64,000 nt of DNA. Source: Podarcis melisellensis (Eukaryota). Shown piece by piece: positions 11,822-25,539 of the stretch (positions are counted from its first letter, which is position 1; the number at the start of each line of letters is the position of its first letter). The stretch lies in assembly GCA_964234715.1 (NCBI GenBank), contig OZ174280.1. The stretch is one strand, 5' to 3'. The notes below the pieces were generated by a model, which saw only the letters and a program-made list of their open reading frames with translations, had not been told where the DNA came from and made no database searches. The translations under genes were made by a program, and so were the position numbers.

Positions 11822-12004
11822 ATTCACAGCGTGGGACAGGGAGACTCCACACACCGGATGCTGTGCAATATATAGTTGCCCTTCCTATTAGCACATAACC
11901 AGGGTCACAGCTGTATTTTACAATTTTTCCACTAGTATATTGTTCTGATCCCAGAGCCCTGTACTTTCCATGCTGGACTTTGGGAGGTGAGGGGCAATGT
12001 ATCT
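11822..12004 (-). CDS. CCP13 exon (EIHCPSPPKVQHG...VPRCE), GC donor
   Basis: 183 nt; donor T|gcaagt. Confidence 0.8.
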
Positions 12005-13282
12005 CTGGAAAACAACAACAACAAGGGAAGAATATCTTGTTCTTCAGCAAGACAGACAGGTGATACATCCAACATACATAAGAAGTCAGCTTCCTACTTT
12101 AGATCATAGTATAGTGTGATTAAATTTGGTTTAAAATGCCTTCACTTCAGTTTTCAAACATTGCTGTATTAAACAACTTTAGTTGTGTGCTTGTTATTTC
12201 CCTTTGTGTTTTTGATCTTTGTTGTGCATACAACAGTAGTTGTTGCATGCATCCATAGCTGTCCACTTAAACTTCAGCCATCCCTATGGAAATCAGAAGT
12301 GGAGAATTTGAAATGTTTTAGGTACTGCCCTTCTGACAGCCACAGGGATGGTAAGAGAGCAACAAGAATAGTGGATTTGCAAAAGGACAACAGCAATGCA
12401 TACTCACAAAAGCACCCACCCCAACAAACAGTGACTTAATGGACCAATACCAACAAAGCAACAATAAAACATGTCAGTGGGGGGGGGGGGGAGAGAAATA
12501 TATACAGTTTTGATATGAAATATGGAAGATATTTTCTGATGGGAAAAAGCATGCAACACACCATAAGAGGGTTAATGACGTGGCTACACTTCAGTCATTC
12601 AACAAGAATACACAAAGCTCATAAAACCCTGACCCATTATTTGTAAACATTATTAGCTACAGTGGACAGAAAACAAGGCTGCCCTCCCCCATTTTCTGCA
12701 TACAGATTTCTGAATTATTCTCAGTCCTGTCGGAACAACTGGAACTTCTCTGTACAGAGGAAGTCTATGCTTAGGGGTTCATATTCCATACTTACAAACA
12801 ATGCTGCTTACCTTTATATACTAAAATACCATGGACCTGCACCTCAGCATAAATGCAAATTCTGATCTCTCTGGTAAAGCAAGGCCCTTCCCTTCACCAC
12901 CCAGATCTTGAGTAGCTTACACAGTGGAAAGTGAGTCTTCTACGAGGTAGACTTCATTTCCCCAGCATGCTAGGAGAACTTTGAGCAGTCTGAGACTTCT
13001 CAAGAGATGTAGGAGCAAGGAAAATACATCTATTTCATTGAATTTTGTAATCAATTAGCCAATTGATGAAGCTGCTCCCCCAAGAGATAAATGTTTATTA
13101 TAGAAAGCAAAACACTACTTGTAGACATATAAAGTCATACATTAGCTAAACTTTCTTATTTCCTTCCACCGCGAGCCTTTTTTTTTAACATATAGTGTGT
13201 CATGTATGAAATATCTTTCCTACCAATGTTTTCAGACTCGAATGATTTGCATATGCTGCTTGAAATAAAAAGGGTGACTCAC

Positions 13283-13462
13283 CTTTGCAGTTAGGCGCTG
13301 AGGAGTTCCAAGACCCAGATGCTGTACAAAAAATTCTGGCATCTCCTACAATGCTGTATCCAGGATCGCAAGTGTATTCTACAAACCCCCCATTAGTAAA
13401 ACCTTTTGCTTCCTGACTGCTGTATTTTCCATGAGCGACCACTTGAGGTGGGGGGCACTGCA
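13283..13462 (-). CDS. CCP12 exon (QCPPPQVVAHG...APNCK)
   Basis: 180 nt; gtgagt donor. Confidence 0.88.
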
Positions 13463-14297
13463 CTGTTGAAAGAGAGGGTAAAGTATATCAAGGAGTTAAA
13501 AAATGAAAACTGTCACAACATCTGGGATAGTGTATCAGATTACATCTCCCAAATGCAGACTATCTTATACTAGAGGCTGGAGGTGATGCTGCTCTGTATA
13601 TCACAGAGGACATAAAGTTGAACCCAGTGCCAGATTTAGGGCGGTGCAGACGGTTCTGTTTTTGTACTAATGTGAAGTTTCAGTGAGCCTGACATACTAG
13701 AAATCCCAAGAGGGGTGGACTTCTTCTCTGAATTGCTCTGGGTGGTGAGCTGCAGGCCGCAAGAGTAATTTAGTACTGGAGATAATACAAGCTAGAAGTT
13801 CCTAAAAGGGCAAACTCTGATCCAATCCCTGTGAGTGGCGATACTGTCTATGTAAGCAAGCAATTGCCAAGCAAGTCCAACACAATTAAAGTCTACTGTA
13901 CTTCAGATGAGGAACTCAACCAAAGAAATGAGGAGATTAAGAAAAGGAAGTTGAATGGAAAAGTTGCAATATTCCCAGAATGCTGGGGAGGGGAAAGTTA
14001 TTCAAAAACCACAGTAATAAAAACTCACAAGAATCTAAACAGCAGATCAGGAAAAGTACCACCTAGGAAAGAGGATGCCAGCATGGTTAAACAGCAGAGT
14101 CAAGGAAACTATTAGAGGCAAGGCGGCTTCCTTCAGAAAGTAGAAATCTTGTTCAAATGAAAACAAAAAGGAGCACCAATTTTAGCAGAAGTGCAGGTGA
14201 CAGTAAGGAACAAAGACCAGTGTTAACACCAGTACAGATGATAAAAAGCAATTATATCCTCTATTGCTGAGATTGTACAAAATGTCATCTTAAATAC

Positions 14298-14480
14298 TTT
14301 CACAATGTGGCAGAGGACTGCTCCACTCTCCAGAAGCTGTGCAGGAAATAGATGCCTTTCCAACAAGCGAGTAACCAGGATCACAGGAATAAGTTACAGA
14401 CTTCTGAGAAGTAAACACTTCCCCAGGAAAACCATTGTGATTTCCATTGGGTATATCCAGAGGCAAGGGGCACTGTGATA
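14298..14480 (-). CDS. CCP11 exon (VSQCPLPLDIPNG...LPHCE)
   Basis: 183 nt, sushi consensus. Confidence 0.88.
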
Positions 14481-15497
14481 CTAAAAGAAAAATGAAATAG
14501 GAGAGAACATTCACAATAGCATATTAATGGCACATTTAACGGAAAATGTATTAAAATTTAAAAAAAATATTTTTATGTATTTATTTATTAAATTTCTATA
14601 CCACCTTTCATCTGAGGATCACAGGGCAGTTTACAATATAGAAACTCAAAAATACATAACAAAGGGGGGGACCACGAACAGCTTTAAAGAACATAGATTG
14701 CTGAATTAGCCAAAGGCCTAGGAGAACAGCAATGTTTTTGCCAGGCACCTAAAGATCTGTAACAAAGGTGCCATGTGAGCCTCCCTGGGGAGGGCATTCC
14801 ACCTGTCATCCAAGGAACACAAGGCATCTTATGGACAAACAGATTTATATCCAATGCTAGTCCTATTCTGAGTAGACCCTTTGAAATTAATGGACACTAC
14901 TAACTTGTGTGTATTGCAGTACTATCCATTTACTTGGATTAGGACTACCACTGGACACAACCTACAATAAATTGCCTTAACCATGGTTATTGAAAATAAG
15001 CCAGCTTCAGTCTATGGAGCTGCCCTGTTTGAATTTACCATAGTTCAGGTTAACCACAGTTTAGAATTTGGATGGAATGCTAAACTGCAGATGCTCTAAA
15101 ACTGACATCTCCAATTTCATTTGCATAGCTTGTGCTAGAGATTTGGGGGTGCATAAGCCTGAGGGGAGACTAGTCCCTGTTAAACCATGATTTTGTGTTA
15201 AGTCCAATTATAGTCAGTGACTGGCCCAAGGACAACTAGTGAAGTTGATAGGATTGAAGATTTGAACCCATGTCTTTTGTGCATGTCCCGCTGTCTATGC
15301 CATACGCATGAGATCTGGCAATCTGTTTGCAAGTATAGCAATATCACTACTTGTGTGAACATTTACTGCAGATATTCCTGCTTCCTTCTATAACTAAAGA
15401 ATTACAAATGCTCCCTGAATATTGAAGTTACGAGCATGTATGTATCTGGCTCATATTCATGCTTGCATATATATGGATGCTTCTTATTTATACTTGC

Positions 15498-15680
15498 CCA
15501 GTTCACAGTGAGGTAGAGCAGGGTCCCATGTACCATCTACTTGGCAATGAATCTCTCTTGTTCCAGATATTTTGTAGCCAGCACTGCAGTCTAAAGTCAC
15601 CCTTTGGTTATACATGTAGGTGTCTGAATAACCAGTTACTATCCTTCCATTCCTTACTTGAGGGGGTGGACACTGAGTCA
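15498..15680 (-). CDS. CCP10 exon, paralog of CCP4, GC donor
   Basis: 183 nt; VTQCPPPQVRNG...PHCEL; donor G|gcaagt. Confidence 0.85.
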
Positions 15681-16639
15681 CTGAAAAGACAAAGTTTCAA
15701 CAAGCATATAGTACTGAAGGTAAAAAGGAATATACCTGTTCTCTGCATATCTGTGTGTTTAGCTGGCAGTATTATAGACATGTGGATTAAGGGCTGATAG
15801 AATAGGGTGAGGAACCTCAGGCTCAAGGCCCAAATGTAGCCCACCCTGCTTCTCTATTTGACCCTCAAGTCTCTCCCCACGCTCAGGGCTGGATTAAACT
15901 TTAAGCAAAATAAGCATGTACTTAGGGCATCAAGGGAAGGGGGGTGCCACAAAAAATTTCCATTGCTGGATTTAACATGGACCATATGGTGCAGCTGAAC
16001 CAGGTTCCACAAAAAAGTTTCCCAAAATAAGTGAAAAATGAATACACACGGACACACACAAATAATAATAATAAATTAGTAACAATGAATTAGTAACAAT
16101 AGAGTAATGACCGCTCCCCACATTAAATGGGGGGTGCCCTTTGCATGGTCGCGCACAGCCCCCTGGACCCTATGTGGCACCATTAGCACAGGATTGGCTT
16201 CACCTTCCCCAGGTGGGATACCTGGAGGTCTCCGCCTACCTCAGCCAGTTGCCCAATCCTGCCTGGGGAGGCGTTGCCAAGGTGATCAGGCCAGGTAGCG
16301 GGATGGACCACCCTGCCCACACGATCATTATTCTTGGGAAAACCACAAAATTAGAATCTGGTAATTGGTAAACTGCCACTCAGTTCACTGAGGCTCATGT
16401 AATCATTCTTATCTTGGTCATCTCAGCTGTCCTGTTCAGTCATCCACTGAGAGTGAGTGGAGCAGTGTTCAGTACAGTGTTGCCAGATTTTTTTGGGGGG
16501 GGAGGTTTCCTTCAAATTTGGAGATTTTTAAAGGCCTTGGTGAAAATTGTTGTTATCTCCACAGCTTTTCTGGGTGTGTGTGTTGGGGCAGCAAAATAAT
16601 AACCACACAGATTTGGGAGACAATTGAAGTGTCAATTTA

Positions 16640-17050
16640 TGATGAAATTATATGTCCATCACTATGAACTCATCAATTTATTAATTTCTCAGCTGAGCTT
16701 CAGCAGCTTCACACGTATGTGCATCGTAAGTTCAGTGCAACCAAAAATGTAAAAACAAGATTCAGTCATGCTGAACTTTATAAAACAATTGTAGAAGACA
16801 ATGTTGAGTCTGCCTTTCCAAATGCAGACATTTGCTTTCATATATTTTAATATTAATAGTCACAAATTGTCACAGACTGCTCAGCTGAGTGTTTATTTTC
16901 TCAGTTGAAGTATATTAAAAATCCTAACAGAACAGCTATGCAACAAGGCGGGCTGGATGCCTTATCTCTACAAAGTATAGAAGCATGTGTGTTATGGAAG
17001 ATTAGTTTTGAGGATCTGATAAAAGACTTTTCAATTAGAAAAAGCAAGAG
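16640..17050 (+). mobile_element. Decayed hAT transposase C-terminal (dimerisation domain) fragment
   Basis: Remnant AFPN...SAECLFSQLKYIKNPNRTAMQQ..LDALSL.SIE, with frameshifts. Confidence 0.65.
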
Positions 17051-17545
17051 AAAAGTAGGAGAAATAGTGGGTGAAAGGTGAGTGGTGTCAATGGAGACAG
17101 TGATGGAGTGAGGATTCCTGCTTTCTCTTTCCAGACATTAAGCAGGAGTTTCTTCTCCACTTCCCTATTCTACCCAACCAAAGAACTGCATGTTTCACCT
17201 AAGGAGGAATGCAGATCTGATTAACAACTGGATTTTGTATTTTCAGAAATGGGGTTGTTATGTTGGAATCAACCATTGTATGTCTTTTCATCCCAGCAGT
17301 CCTAATTATAGTTACAGGTAGGCATTGCAGCTTGTACAATACTTGGGGACATTTTGCTTTGCCCCAATATGAATCCCCCACCCTTGCCTTTGCATTTTTT
17401 TCAAGGAATGCATATAGCTAATGATTCTTCTTGTTGGGAAGTAATAGAGTAATGACTGCTGTGATTTTGCCAAATGTTCATGCTTATTGATTAACACAAC
17501 TTCCTGCAATTAACAAAATGGGATGGAGGATATTTAAAAACACAC

Positions 17546-17731
17546 CTCCACAATATGCACGTCCACTCCAAACACCATTTACTCCATCCTTGGTAGTACA
17601 GTAAATAGTGGCATTTCCGACAAGGGGGTGGCTTTTTTCACAGATGTATGATACAGCTGTCCCATAGAAGTAGTCATCTATGCCACTGTGCTTGCCATGA
17701 GGAACATCTGGTGGTGGAGAACACGAAATAG
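17546..17731 (-). CDS. CCP9 exon, paralog of CCP3
   Basis: 186 nt; ISCSPPPDVPHG...WSGRAYCG. Confidence 0.9.
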
Positions 17732-18282
17732 CTAGAGAAAGATACAAGACAAACATATAGCATAAATGATGTATTCTGTTTTCTATTTCTGATGGCTACT
17801 ACTGGAGCCAACAGATGAAGTTAACAGCATATGTAATATTAATGATTGCTAAACTGTGATTATCCCTTGAATACAACCAGGAGTTAAAAGGAAGAAAATA
17901 ATACAAGACATCCAGAGTACCATAATCTGCCATGGAGATTACATGAAACGCAAGAACTACAATGGCTACTTATAAATACCAAAATAGATGAACTATTCTG
18001 TAAGACACATAAATTAGATAATAACAATAACAGGACAGAGACTGACCACTTTCTTTAGGCTGAAAGATTATTCACCTTAGGAGAAATACAACCGAGGAGC
18101 ATACAATAAAGAAAGTATTTTTGTTGTTGCTGCAGATACACATCAGAAGAGAGAGGATTAATGCTCCTCAGCTGGAAAATTGGAAGGGACGTCAGTCAAC
18201 AATGAGATTGTTAACTACAATTCTGTGCTAAGGGCAAAGAAAGCAGCAATATTACAAACATTGTTTTAATAGTGTAAGACTA

Positions 18283-18691
18283 GGGACATGGGTGGTGCTG
18301 TGGTCTAAAACCACTGAGCCTCTTGGGCTTGCCTATTAGAAGGTTGGCAGCCGATTGGAAGGTTGGCAGTTCAAATCCAATGAGGTGAGCTCCCGTTGCT
18401 CTGTCCCAGCTTCTGCCAACCTAGCAGTTAGAAAGCATGCCAAAAAGTGCAAGTAGATAAATAGGTACTGCTCCGGCGGGAAGGCAAATGGCGTTTCCAT
18501 GCGCTCTGGCACTTGTCAGTGTCCTGTTGTGTCAGAAGTGGTTTAGTCATGCTGGCCACATGACCTGGAAAGCTGTCTGTGGACAAATGCTGGCTCCCTT
18601 GGCCTGAAAAACGAAATGGCTGCCACACCCCACAGTCGTCTTTGACTGGACTTAACTGCCCAGGGGTCATTTACCTTTACTTTACCTTACC
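18283..18691 (+). mobile_element. Sauria SINE
   Basis: tRNA-related head, (acctt/accttt)n tail, TSD-like tagtgtaag. Confidence 0.85.
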
Positions 18692-20018
18692 TAGTGTAAG
18701 GTGCAAGATATTCCATAATGGTATTCCATTATTCTCATGATTTCATTGATAACCTGATACTATATTCTGATACTCTTGCCACAGGATTCCTGTGCTTTAT
18801 AACTTTGCCATGTGATTGTGATACTGATGATGTATGTAGGTTACACCAGTTTCTGTTAGTCTGGCATCTATCTTGGAACCACTCCCAAGAGCGCAAGCCT
18901 TGAACCTGTTCAGTTCCAACTTTTTCTCAAGAAATACTTTTGCCTTTTGGCCACTAGGTGGCAACCATATATCTTACAATCCCCCAACCCCTTCATTTAT
19001 ACTTTCAACATGATAAATATCCCTTGCCAGACTTCCTGTGCTATGTAATTTTGCTATGTGACTGACACTGAATAGGTTAGATATAGAAAAATGTGAATAT
19101 GTTACCTTAACTAGATCATTCTGAATTCAGGCCTCTTGAACCATATGATTTCATTGATTGGGGACAACTGGTCTTTCAGTGCCAACTAGCACAAAAGTCA
19201 AAAGCACACTATTATATGTGTGCGAATCGTTATGTCCTTTTAAATTAAGTGTTACTTGTAAAAATTAAAATTTAATTTATCTGGAATCTGGTGAAATAGT
19301 AAAAGCACAAAGATATGTAGGCTGCTTAAAATCCTATAAAAATAGGGGCAAACAAAATTATTTTCACATTATTTGAATGAAATAATATATAATATATTAT
19401 TTGATTATAAGACTCTCTTTAATTTTCCAACAACCGTATGGTTTATGAAGGGTTGCTGCAATGGTTCTCAAGAGTTGGGCTGACTGGCATTGACTCAAAT
19501 ATCCAAAGGCTATTTGCAATATTGCAAATATCAGATGCTGCCCAAGGCACAAAAGACTGGAAGAGCTGTAGAAGTGAACCACACCTACTAGTTATTCACT
19601 AATTGTCAATATTTTTGTGTCAATGATGCTATTTTTACATAGCTAATAGTCAACCCTTGTGGTGGACGGGCCTTGAATCAGCCTCCTGGGGACCCAGAAG
19701 CCATTCAGAGCTGGGTGGTGTGTCATCCAATCAGGAGGAAGGGAGTGGAGATTTAAATGTAGGCCTGGCCCACTAATGAGGACAAACAGATTTGTATCTA
19801 ATGCTGCACCCGCCTCACTTCTTCCACCCACCCCAGCAGCAGTGGCAGTGGCACTGGTCTGGGGCAAGATCTTGCCAAAATCTCACGAGATCCTAAGATC
19901 CAATGAGACTTTGACAAGATCTCACAAGATCTCACCAGACATTGGTGCCACTGCTTCGCGGGCATCGCCATGGCGCTGGCAGCAGAGTACAGCAGGTGAA
20001 TGAATCTGTGATATTGCA

Positions 20019-20149
20019 GTTACAGATAGGTAGCTGTGTTGGTCTGCCATAGTCAAAACAAAAAATATTCCTTCCAGTAGCACCTTAAAGACCAACTAAG
20101 TTAGTTCTTGGTATGAGCTTTCATGTGCATGCACACTTCTTCAGATATT
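20019..20149. mobile_element. Penelope-like element fragment
   Basis: gtagcaccttaaagaccaac...gagctttc...cacttcttcagat motif; 12-bp TSD tgtgatattgca. Confidence 0.7.
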
Positions 20150-20743
20150 TGTGATATTGCAAATAGCCATATTAGGTACTGCAAGCAAGGACAGTGGCAC
20201 ACAGTTGACAAATGGATCTGTCATAAGATCTGGTCCCTGTGTCAGTGTCTTTGTTATGTGGCCTGTCATTTAGGTTTGGGGGCTGTCTGTAAGCAGATAT
20301 GAGCCCAAGGCTGTGAGATATGTAAGCCTATGAGGGGGAAGTGTTATTGTTCAGGACAGGTTGTAGGTAATTGATTATACATTTCAGTATCTTTAGCTGG
20401 ATGTTGCATGTGACAGGTGATGTTCTCTTCTAGGCCTATCCTATAGTAGATTTTCCCTCGGTGCCAGCCTTACCTTGTCAATCTGTTTTCTCCCCCATTT
20501 CACTGGGTAGGTTTTATACCCTGATACATGTCTGATGCCACTGTTTAAGTTGTGGAGTGATATGGGTAGAAGCTGGAAGCATATGACTATGTGCAGTGGC
20601 CAATAGCTTTCCATTATGTCCATTATGTAACTGCACAGCAGTGTCCAGAAAGTGAACTTGCATTGACTGATTTAGGCTCAGGTGAAGTAAAAGTTATTAA
20701 GTCCTGGTGGAACTTCTCAGTTGCCCTCTGGAAAAATGATATA

Positions 20744-20958
20744 CAGTGGTACCTCCGGTTAAGAACTTAATTCGTTCTGGAGGTCCGTTCTTAACCTGAA
20801 ACTGTTCTTAACCTGAGGTACCACTTTAGCTAATGGGGCCTCCTGCTGCCGCCGCGTGATTTCTGTTCTCATCCTGAAGCAAAGTTCCTAACCCGAGGTA
20901 CTATTTCTGGGTTAGTGGAGTCTGTAACCCGAAGCGTTTGTAACCCGAGGTACCACTG
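20744..20958. mobile_element. MITE of the same family, opposite orientation
   Basis: TIR cagtggtacctc...gaggtaccactg, TA TSD. Confidence 0.9.
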
Positions 20959-20982
20959 TATGTTAACATATGTTCTACTTAC

Positions 20983-21068
20983 GCTGACAAATAGCAGTTT
21001 CACCAGTCCATACTGCTTTTAGGCCAGATATCACACACTGTCTGGAAGATAGACCAACTAGCCTGTAC
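20983..21068 (-). CDS. CCP8b half-exon (YRLVGLSSRQC...WTGETAICQ)
   Basis: 86 nt, phase 2-1, gtaagt donor. Confidence 0.9.
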
Positions 21069-21926
21069 CTGAATTGAGATAGAAGCAATTATGGATTGTC
21101 AAATTCTTTATCCCAGGATGCACAGAATTAAATGCATATTACGAAATGTATGCACTGTGTTATTAGAAGTCACAGCCCACACACTTCTACTGCACTTGCT
21201 GCTAGTGTAGTGGCTCCTCAATAAAATCGCTTTAAACAGCTAGTAGCAGAGTTTCTTCCTGGCGGCAGATGACAAGAGGCTACGAGACTTGTGCAAAATA
21301 CTCAGTCAAGAGTTACCTTTATTTCTTGGCTGGTTCACAAGCATTTTAGTTCAAACTATATACAAAACTATTTACATACATCTTTCCACCATGGTATAAA
21401 CTCACAGCCTGTGGGTACTCTTTCCTCGTGCAGGATGTTGCAACCTGCAACTTCCTCTTTTTATTTTCATCCCCAGCTGTAACCAATCAGCCTAGAATGT
21501 CACTCCTAACTATTAAAGAAAATTTCTTTAACGCTACAACAACCTTTTTTTGTTTCTTTGAAGAATGACTTCCTAACATGTGTACCCATTCACAACCAAT
21601 ACCAAAGCTGTATACTGAGCGATTATCACAGCAAAATATATTCTATTCAGACCAGAATTCTCTCTTCTACAAACCCTGTAATTTGCACAAGCATGATTAG
21701 TATTAGGCTGCAAGACAAGTTAGTGCCTGGGACTGGCTAAATCTGTTGTCACAGGGGTCCTGTTTCTTCAAAAGCTGCATTACAATAAGAAATTGATTTA
21801 TGAACCTTTTCCTGCATAGGAGGTTAGGTGAGGGGGGAAAGTTAACACCAATGACTTGTTCTTAAATTGTTAAAGGAAGAGGAGCCCTACCAGAAAAAGT
21901 AACCTTGTTGATTTCCGAATGCTTAC

Positions 21927-22026
21927 CCTTCCTCGCAGGTGTAATTTATAGTAGAACCAAATAAAAGATCTTTTGTTACAATCAGCCTCCCATTATCTGG
22001 TTCTCCTGGATATCCACATGATTTTC
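21927..22026 (-). CDS. CCP8a half-exon ([13 protein letters not shown]...YTCEEG)
   Basis: 100 nt, phase 1-2. Confidence 0.9.
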
Positions 22027-22174
22027 CTGTCAGAAAAAAAGCAAACCATACAGAATTTCTCTCTGTAATTTGTTTTAAAACAAATTTAATTAAAGCACAA
22101 AGGAAGAATGGCGCAACTTAATCAAACCACTTATATTAATATAACAATCAATACAAGGATGGTAAGAGACTCAC

Positions 22175-22369
22175 TTTTGCAGAACTCCTGAACTCCTGAC
22201 CATTCCTGATTTCTAATGCACATAAGAGAGGCCTTCAATCCGGGATGCTTAGCATAGCCTGGACGGCACATGTATTTCACAACTGAGCCAACGGGAAAGG
22301 AATTATTTTCTTTATACTCATTGAGAAGTTCAGCAAATTGTAAACTGGATGGGGGTGCACAGCTACCTC
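22175..22369 (-). CDS. CCP7 exon, paralog of CCP1 (GGSCAPPSSLQFAEL...QEFCK)
   Basis: 195 nt; gtgagt donor. Confidence 0.9.
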
Positions 22370-22490
22370 CTGATGAGATGGAGGGAGGAAGTGGGGAGGA
22401 AGAGAGGGGAAAATGAGGCCAGTAGTTATTGTGAAGGTCTACAAAGTGTAATATTGTGCTTCTAACTTTAAACTAATCTCCAGTTCCTCC

Positions 22491-22630
22491 CAGTGGCGTA
22501 GCGTGGGTTGTCAGCACCCGGGACAAGGCAAGTAATTTGTGCCCACTAACCCGTGGATTTGCGCCCCCTAACCCTAACCCGGTGCGCCCGGTGCGGCCGG
22601 CCCCCCTGCACCCCCCACGCTACGCCACTG
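22491..22630. mobile_element. hAT-type MITE
   Basis: TIR cagtggcgtagcgtggg, 8-bp TSD gttcctcc. Confidence 0.9.
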
Positions 22631-22840
22631 GTTCCTCCAACTATAATATAGCAGTGATCCTCACCACTCTTTTCTCACCTGTACTGTATTTACTTATTCA
22701 TTTGAATCTTATTTAAAAATATGCATATATTGCTATTCAGGGGAAAAAATCAATGCAGTTTACAACAATTATACATACATAAAACCATATAAAAAGTTAA
22801 AAATTATATATTTTATGCATTTATATGTATGTGAAACATA

Positions 22841-23177
22841 GGTAAAGGTAAAGGTAAAGGTACCCCTGCCCGTACGGGCCAGTCTTGACAGACTCTGGGG
22901 TTGTGCGCCCATCTCACTTAAGAGGCCAGGGGCCAGCGCTGTCCGGAGACACTTCCGGGTCACGTGGCCAGTGTGACATCGCTGCTCTGGCGAGCCAGAG
23001 CCGCACACGGAAATGCCGTTTACCTTCCCGCTGGTAAGCGGTCCCTATTTATCTACTTGCACCTGGAGGTGCTTTCGAACTGCTAGGTTGGCAGGCGCTG
23101 GGACCGAGCAGCGGGAGCGCACCCCGCAGCAGGGATTCGAACCGCCAACCTTTCGATCGGCAAGTCCTAGGCGCTGA
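22841..23177 (-). mobile_element. Sauria SINE, 5'-truncated
   Basis: ggtaaa tail repeats; near-identical to the 48471 copy. Confidence 0.88.
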
Positions 23178-23606
23178 CATAAAATAGGATAATTGCATCA
23201 AGCAGGAAATAATATGCACAAGACAAAAATGAGAGAAGCAATTTCATCAGTGGGAACAAGATGTGATGTGCAGTTCCTTACTCAAGCAGATTAAAGAACA
23301 TTCAAGCTGTTTTATTTCTTCTGTTTCTTGGAAGGTGGTAGCGCCTTCACTATTATAAGAAGGGCCTTCCTTCAACAGTTGCCAGTTTGACTTTGGGCAG
23401 CAGCCAGCAAAGTAATTGCATTCTGCTTGTGCAATGAAACTTCCCACCCCTCTCTTTTCCCTGTGCCTTCTCCAAATCTGCTATGGAAGGGATGAGGGAA
23501 CCCTAGAACAGGTTTAGGGTATGCACAGGGGGAGGGGGAGAAGGGGCAGTTCTACCGCACAACCAAAAGTCCTTGCACTAATAGAACTACAGTATCTTGC
23601 AGTATT

Positions 23607-23913
23607 AAACCACAGAGCCTAGGGCTTGCCAATCAGAAGGTCGGCGGTTTGAATCCCCGTTGCTCGGTCCCTGCTCTTGCCCACCTAGCAGATCGAAAGC
23701 ACGTCAAAGTGCAAGTAGATAAATAGGTACCGCTCTGGGGGGAAGGTAAACGGCGTTTCCGTGGGCTGCTCTGGTTCACCAGAAGTGGCTTATTCATGCT
23801 GGCCACATGACATGTACGCCGGCTCCCTCGGCCAATAAAGCGAGATGAGTGCCGCAACCCCAGAGTCGGTCACAACTGGACCTAATGGTCAGGGGTCCCT
23901 TTACCTTTACCTT
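23607..23913 (+). mobile_element. Sauria SINE
   Basis: Conserved body, acctttacctt tail. Confidence 0.85.
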
Positions 23914-24150
23914 GCGGTATCACTCTTTGTCTCTTCTAAGGAACCCTTCAGAAGTTCCATTAACTTGCACAGAACTGAATTCTGTGTTACAGTTCTCTAA
24001 GTGTGTGCTTTCATTATAGGAAGCAGCACTACTTTAAATATTTGCCTGGAACCAAATCTCCAAGGCTGAATGGAAGAAATGGTGTAAACATTGCTTTGTA
24101 GCTTGCCCTGCTAGAGCCAATATGGACAATCTTATGGTCAAAAGATGTAC

Positions 24151-24330
24151 CTTCACAGCGAGGGGCAGGGGAAGACCATGTACCAGATGCTGTGCAGTAA
24201 ATAGTCTCCTCTCCAATTAGACCATAGCCAGGCTCACATGTGTATTTCACAGACATTCCATTAGTAAACACTGTTGCTTCCTGGTTGTACATCCCATTTT
24301 GAACATGTGGGGGTGGCTGGCATTGAATCA
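24151..24330 (-). CDS. CCP6 exon (VIQCQPPPHVQNG...APRCE)
   Basis: 180 nt, lies in ORF 24029..24397. Confidence 0.9.
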
Positions 24331-25309
24331 CTGAAAGGGAAAAAAGGTGGTTACAATGGAAAAACACATTACAAACATCCTTGACTGTAAATTCCACATT
24401 TGTAAGAAGTCAATCATTTAGTGTGGCAGCACCTATACTTGGGAACTCCCTGCCTATTGATATCAAGCAGGTGCCTTCACTTTATTCTTTTTGGCATTTG
24501 CTAAAAGCATTCTTGTTTTTGGCAAGCCTACCCTGATGCTTAGAAAGTTGAAATAATTTTAATCTGTTTTACTATTTTAACTTTTGTTTTTTCTTAAAGT
24601 TGTAAAATTTCCTCGGTTTTATTTTGGTAAACTACTTTGAAATTATTGCTTTTTACAATCAAGCAGTGTATAAATTTTATGAAGCAAACAAATAATAAAT
24701 ACTGTTAATAAGTGTGTGTCAATCTGAACTTTATCTTTGGGTCATGGCATGAGTACAGGTTGACCAAACTTAACATGAAAGGAGCCCCCCCCCTTAACTT
24801 TTATTGGCTCTGGTATCATTATTATAGTTATGCTTTTTACAAAGCATATGCTAATTCAAACGAAACATGATACATATCTATTGCATTTGCAATGGTCTGT
24901 CATTAATTGTTATGATTCCTGTTTCAGGTTTCAGTCCAATCAATAAACCCCCAAAGGCTTATTTCCTCAATCACACTCTATTGCAGGTGTAGCCAACTTG
25001 GTGCACTTCAGTTGTTGTGGACTATAACTCCCATAATCTTTTACTATTGGCCATGCTGACTGGGGCTGATGAGAACTGTAGTCCAGCAACACATGAAGGG
25101 CACCATTTTGGCTATCTTTATTCAGTGGAATGATTTAAGTACTTACACACCCCTGTATGGTATTGATTTGTAGAGAGTCTTTAATGAGCACAAGCTCAGA
25201 TGAGACTTTCATTCTTTTTGGTTCATATCTGAAACTGTCAAAGGAGATCCAAACAAAAGGAAAGTATTTCTGACTATTAGAAGCAAATGAAAGATATACT
25301 AATACCTAC

Positions 25310-25489
25310 CCCTAACACAAATGGGCACAAGAGAATCCCATGTGCTGTCAAATTGGCACTGAATTGTATGTTTGCCTTTCAGGATATAGCCAGGGTCACA
25401 TTCAATTGTAATTGTCTCTTTGGGTTTAACTTGCCCTCTAGATCCTGTTATTCTTCCATTCTGGATTTCTGGATTTTCACAACCAGTGA
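25310..25489 (-). CDS. CCP5 exon (VTGCENPEIQNG...PICVR)
   Basis: 180 nt; cag acceptor, gtaggt donor. Confidence 0.85.
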
Positions 25490-25539
25490 CTGCGAAGGAA
25501 AAAGGATAAAGCCATTATTAAATTCTATAATATGTGAGA

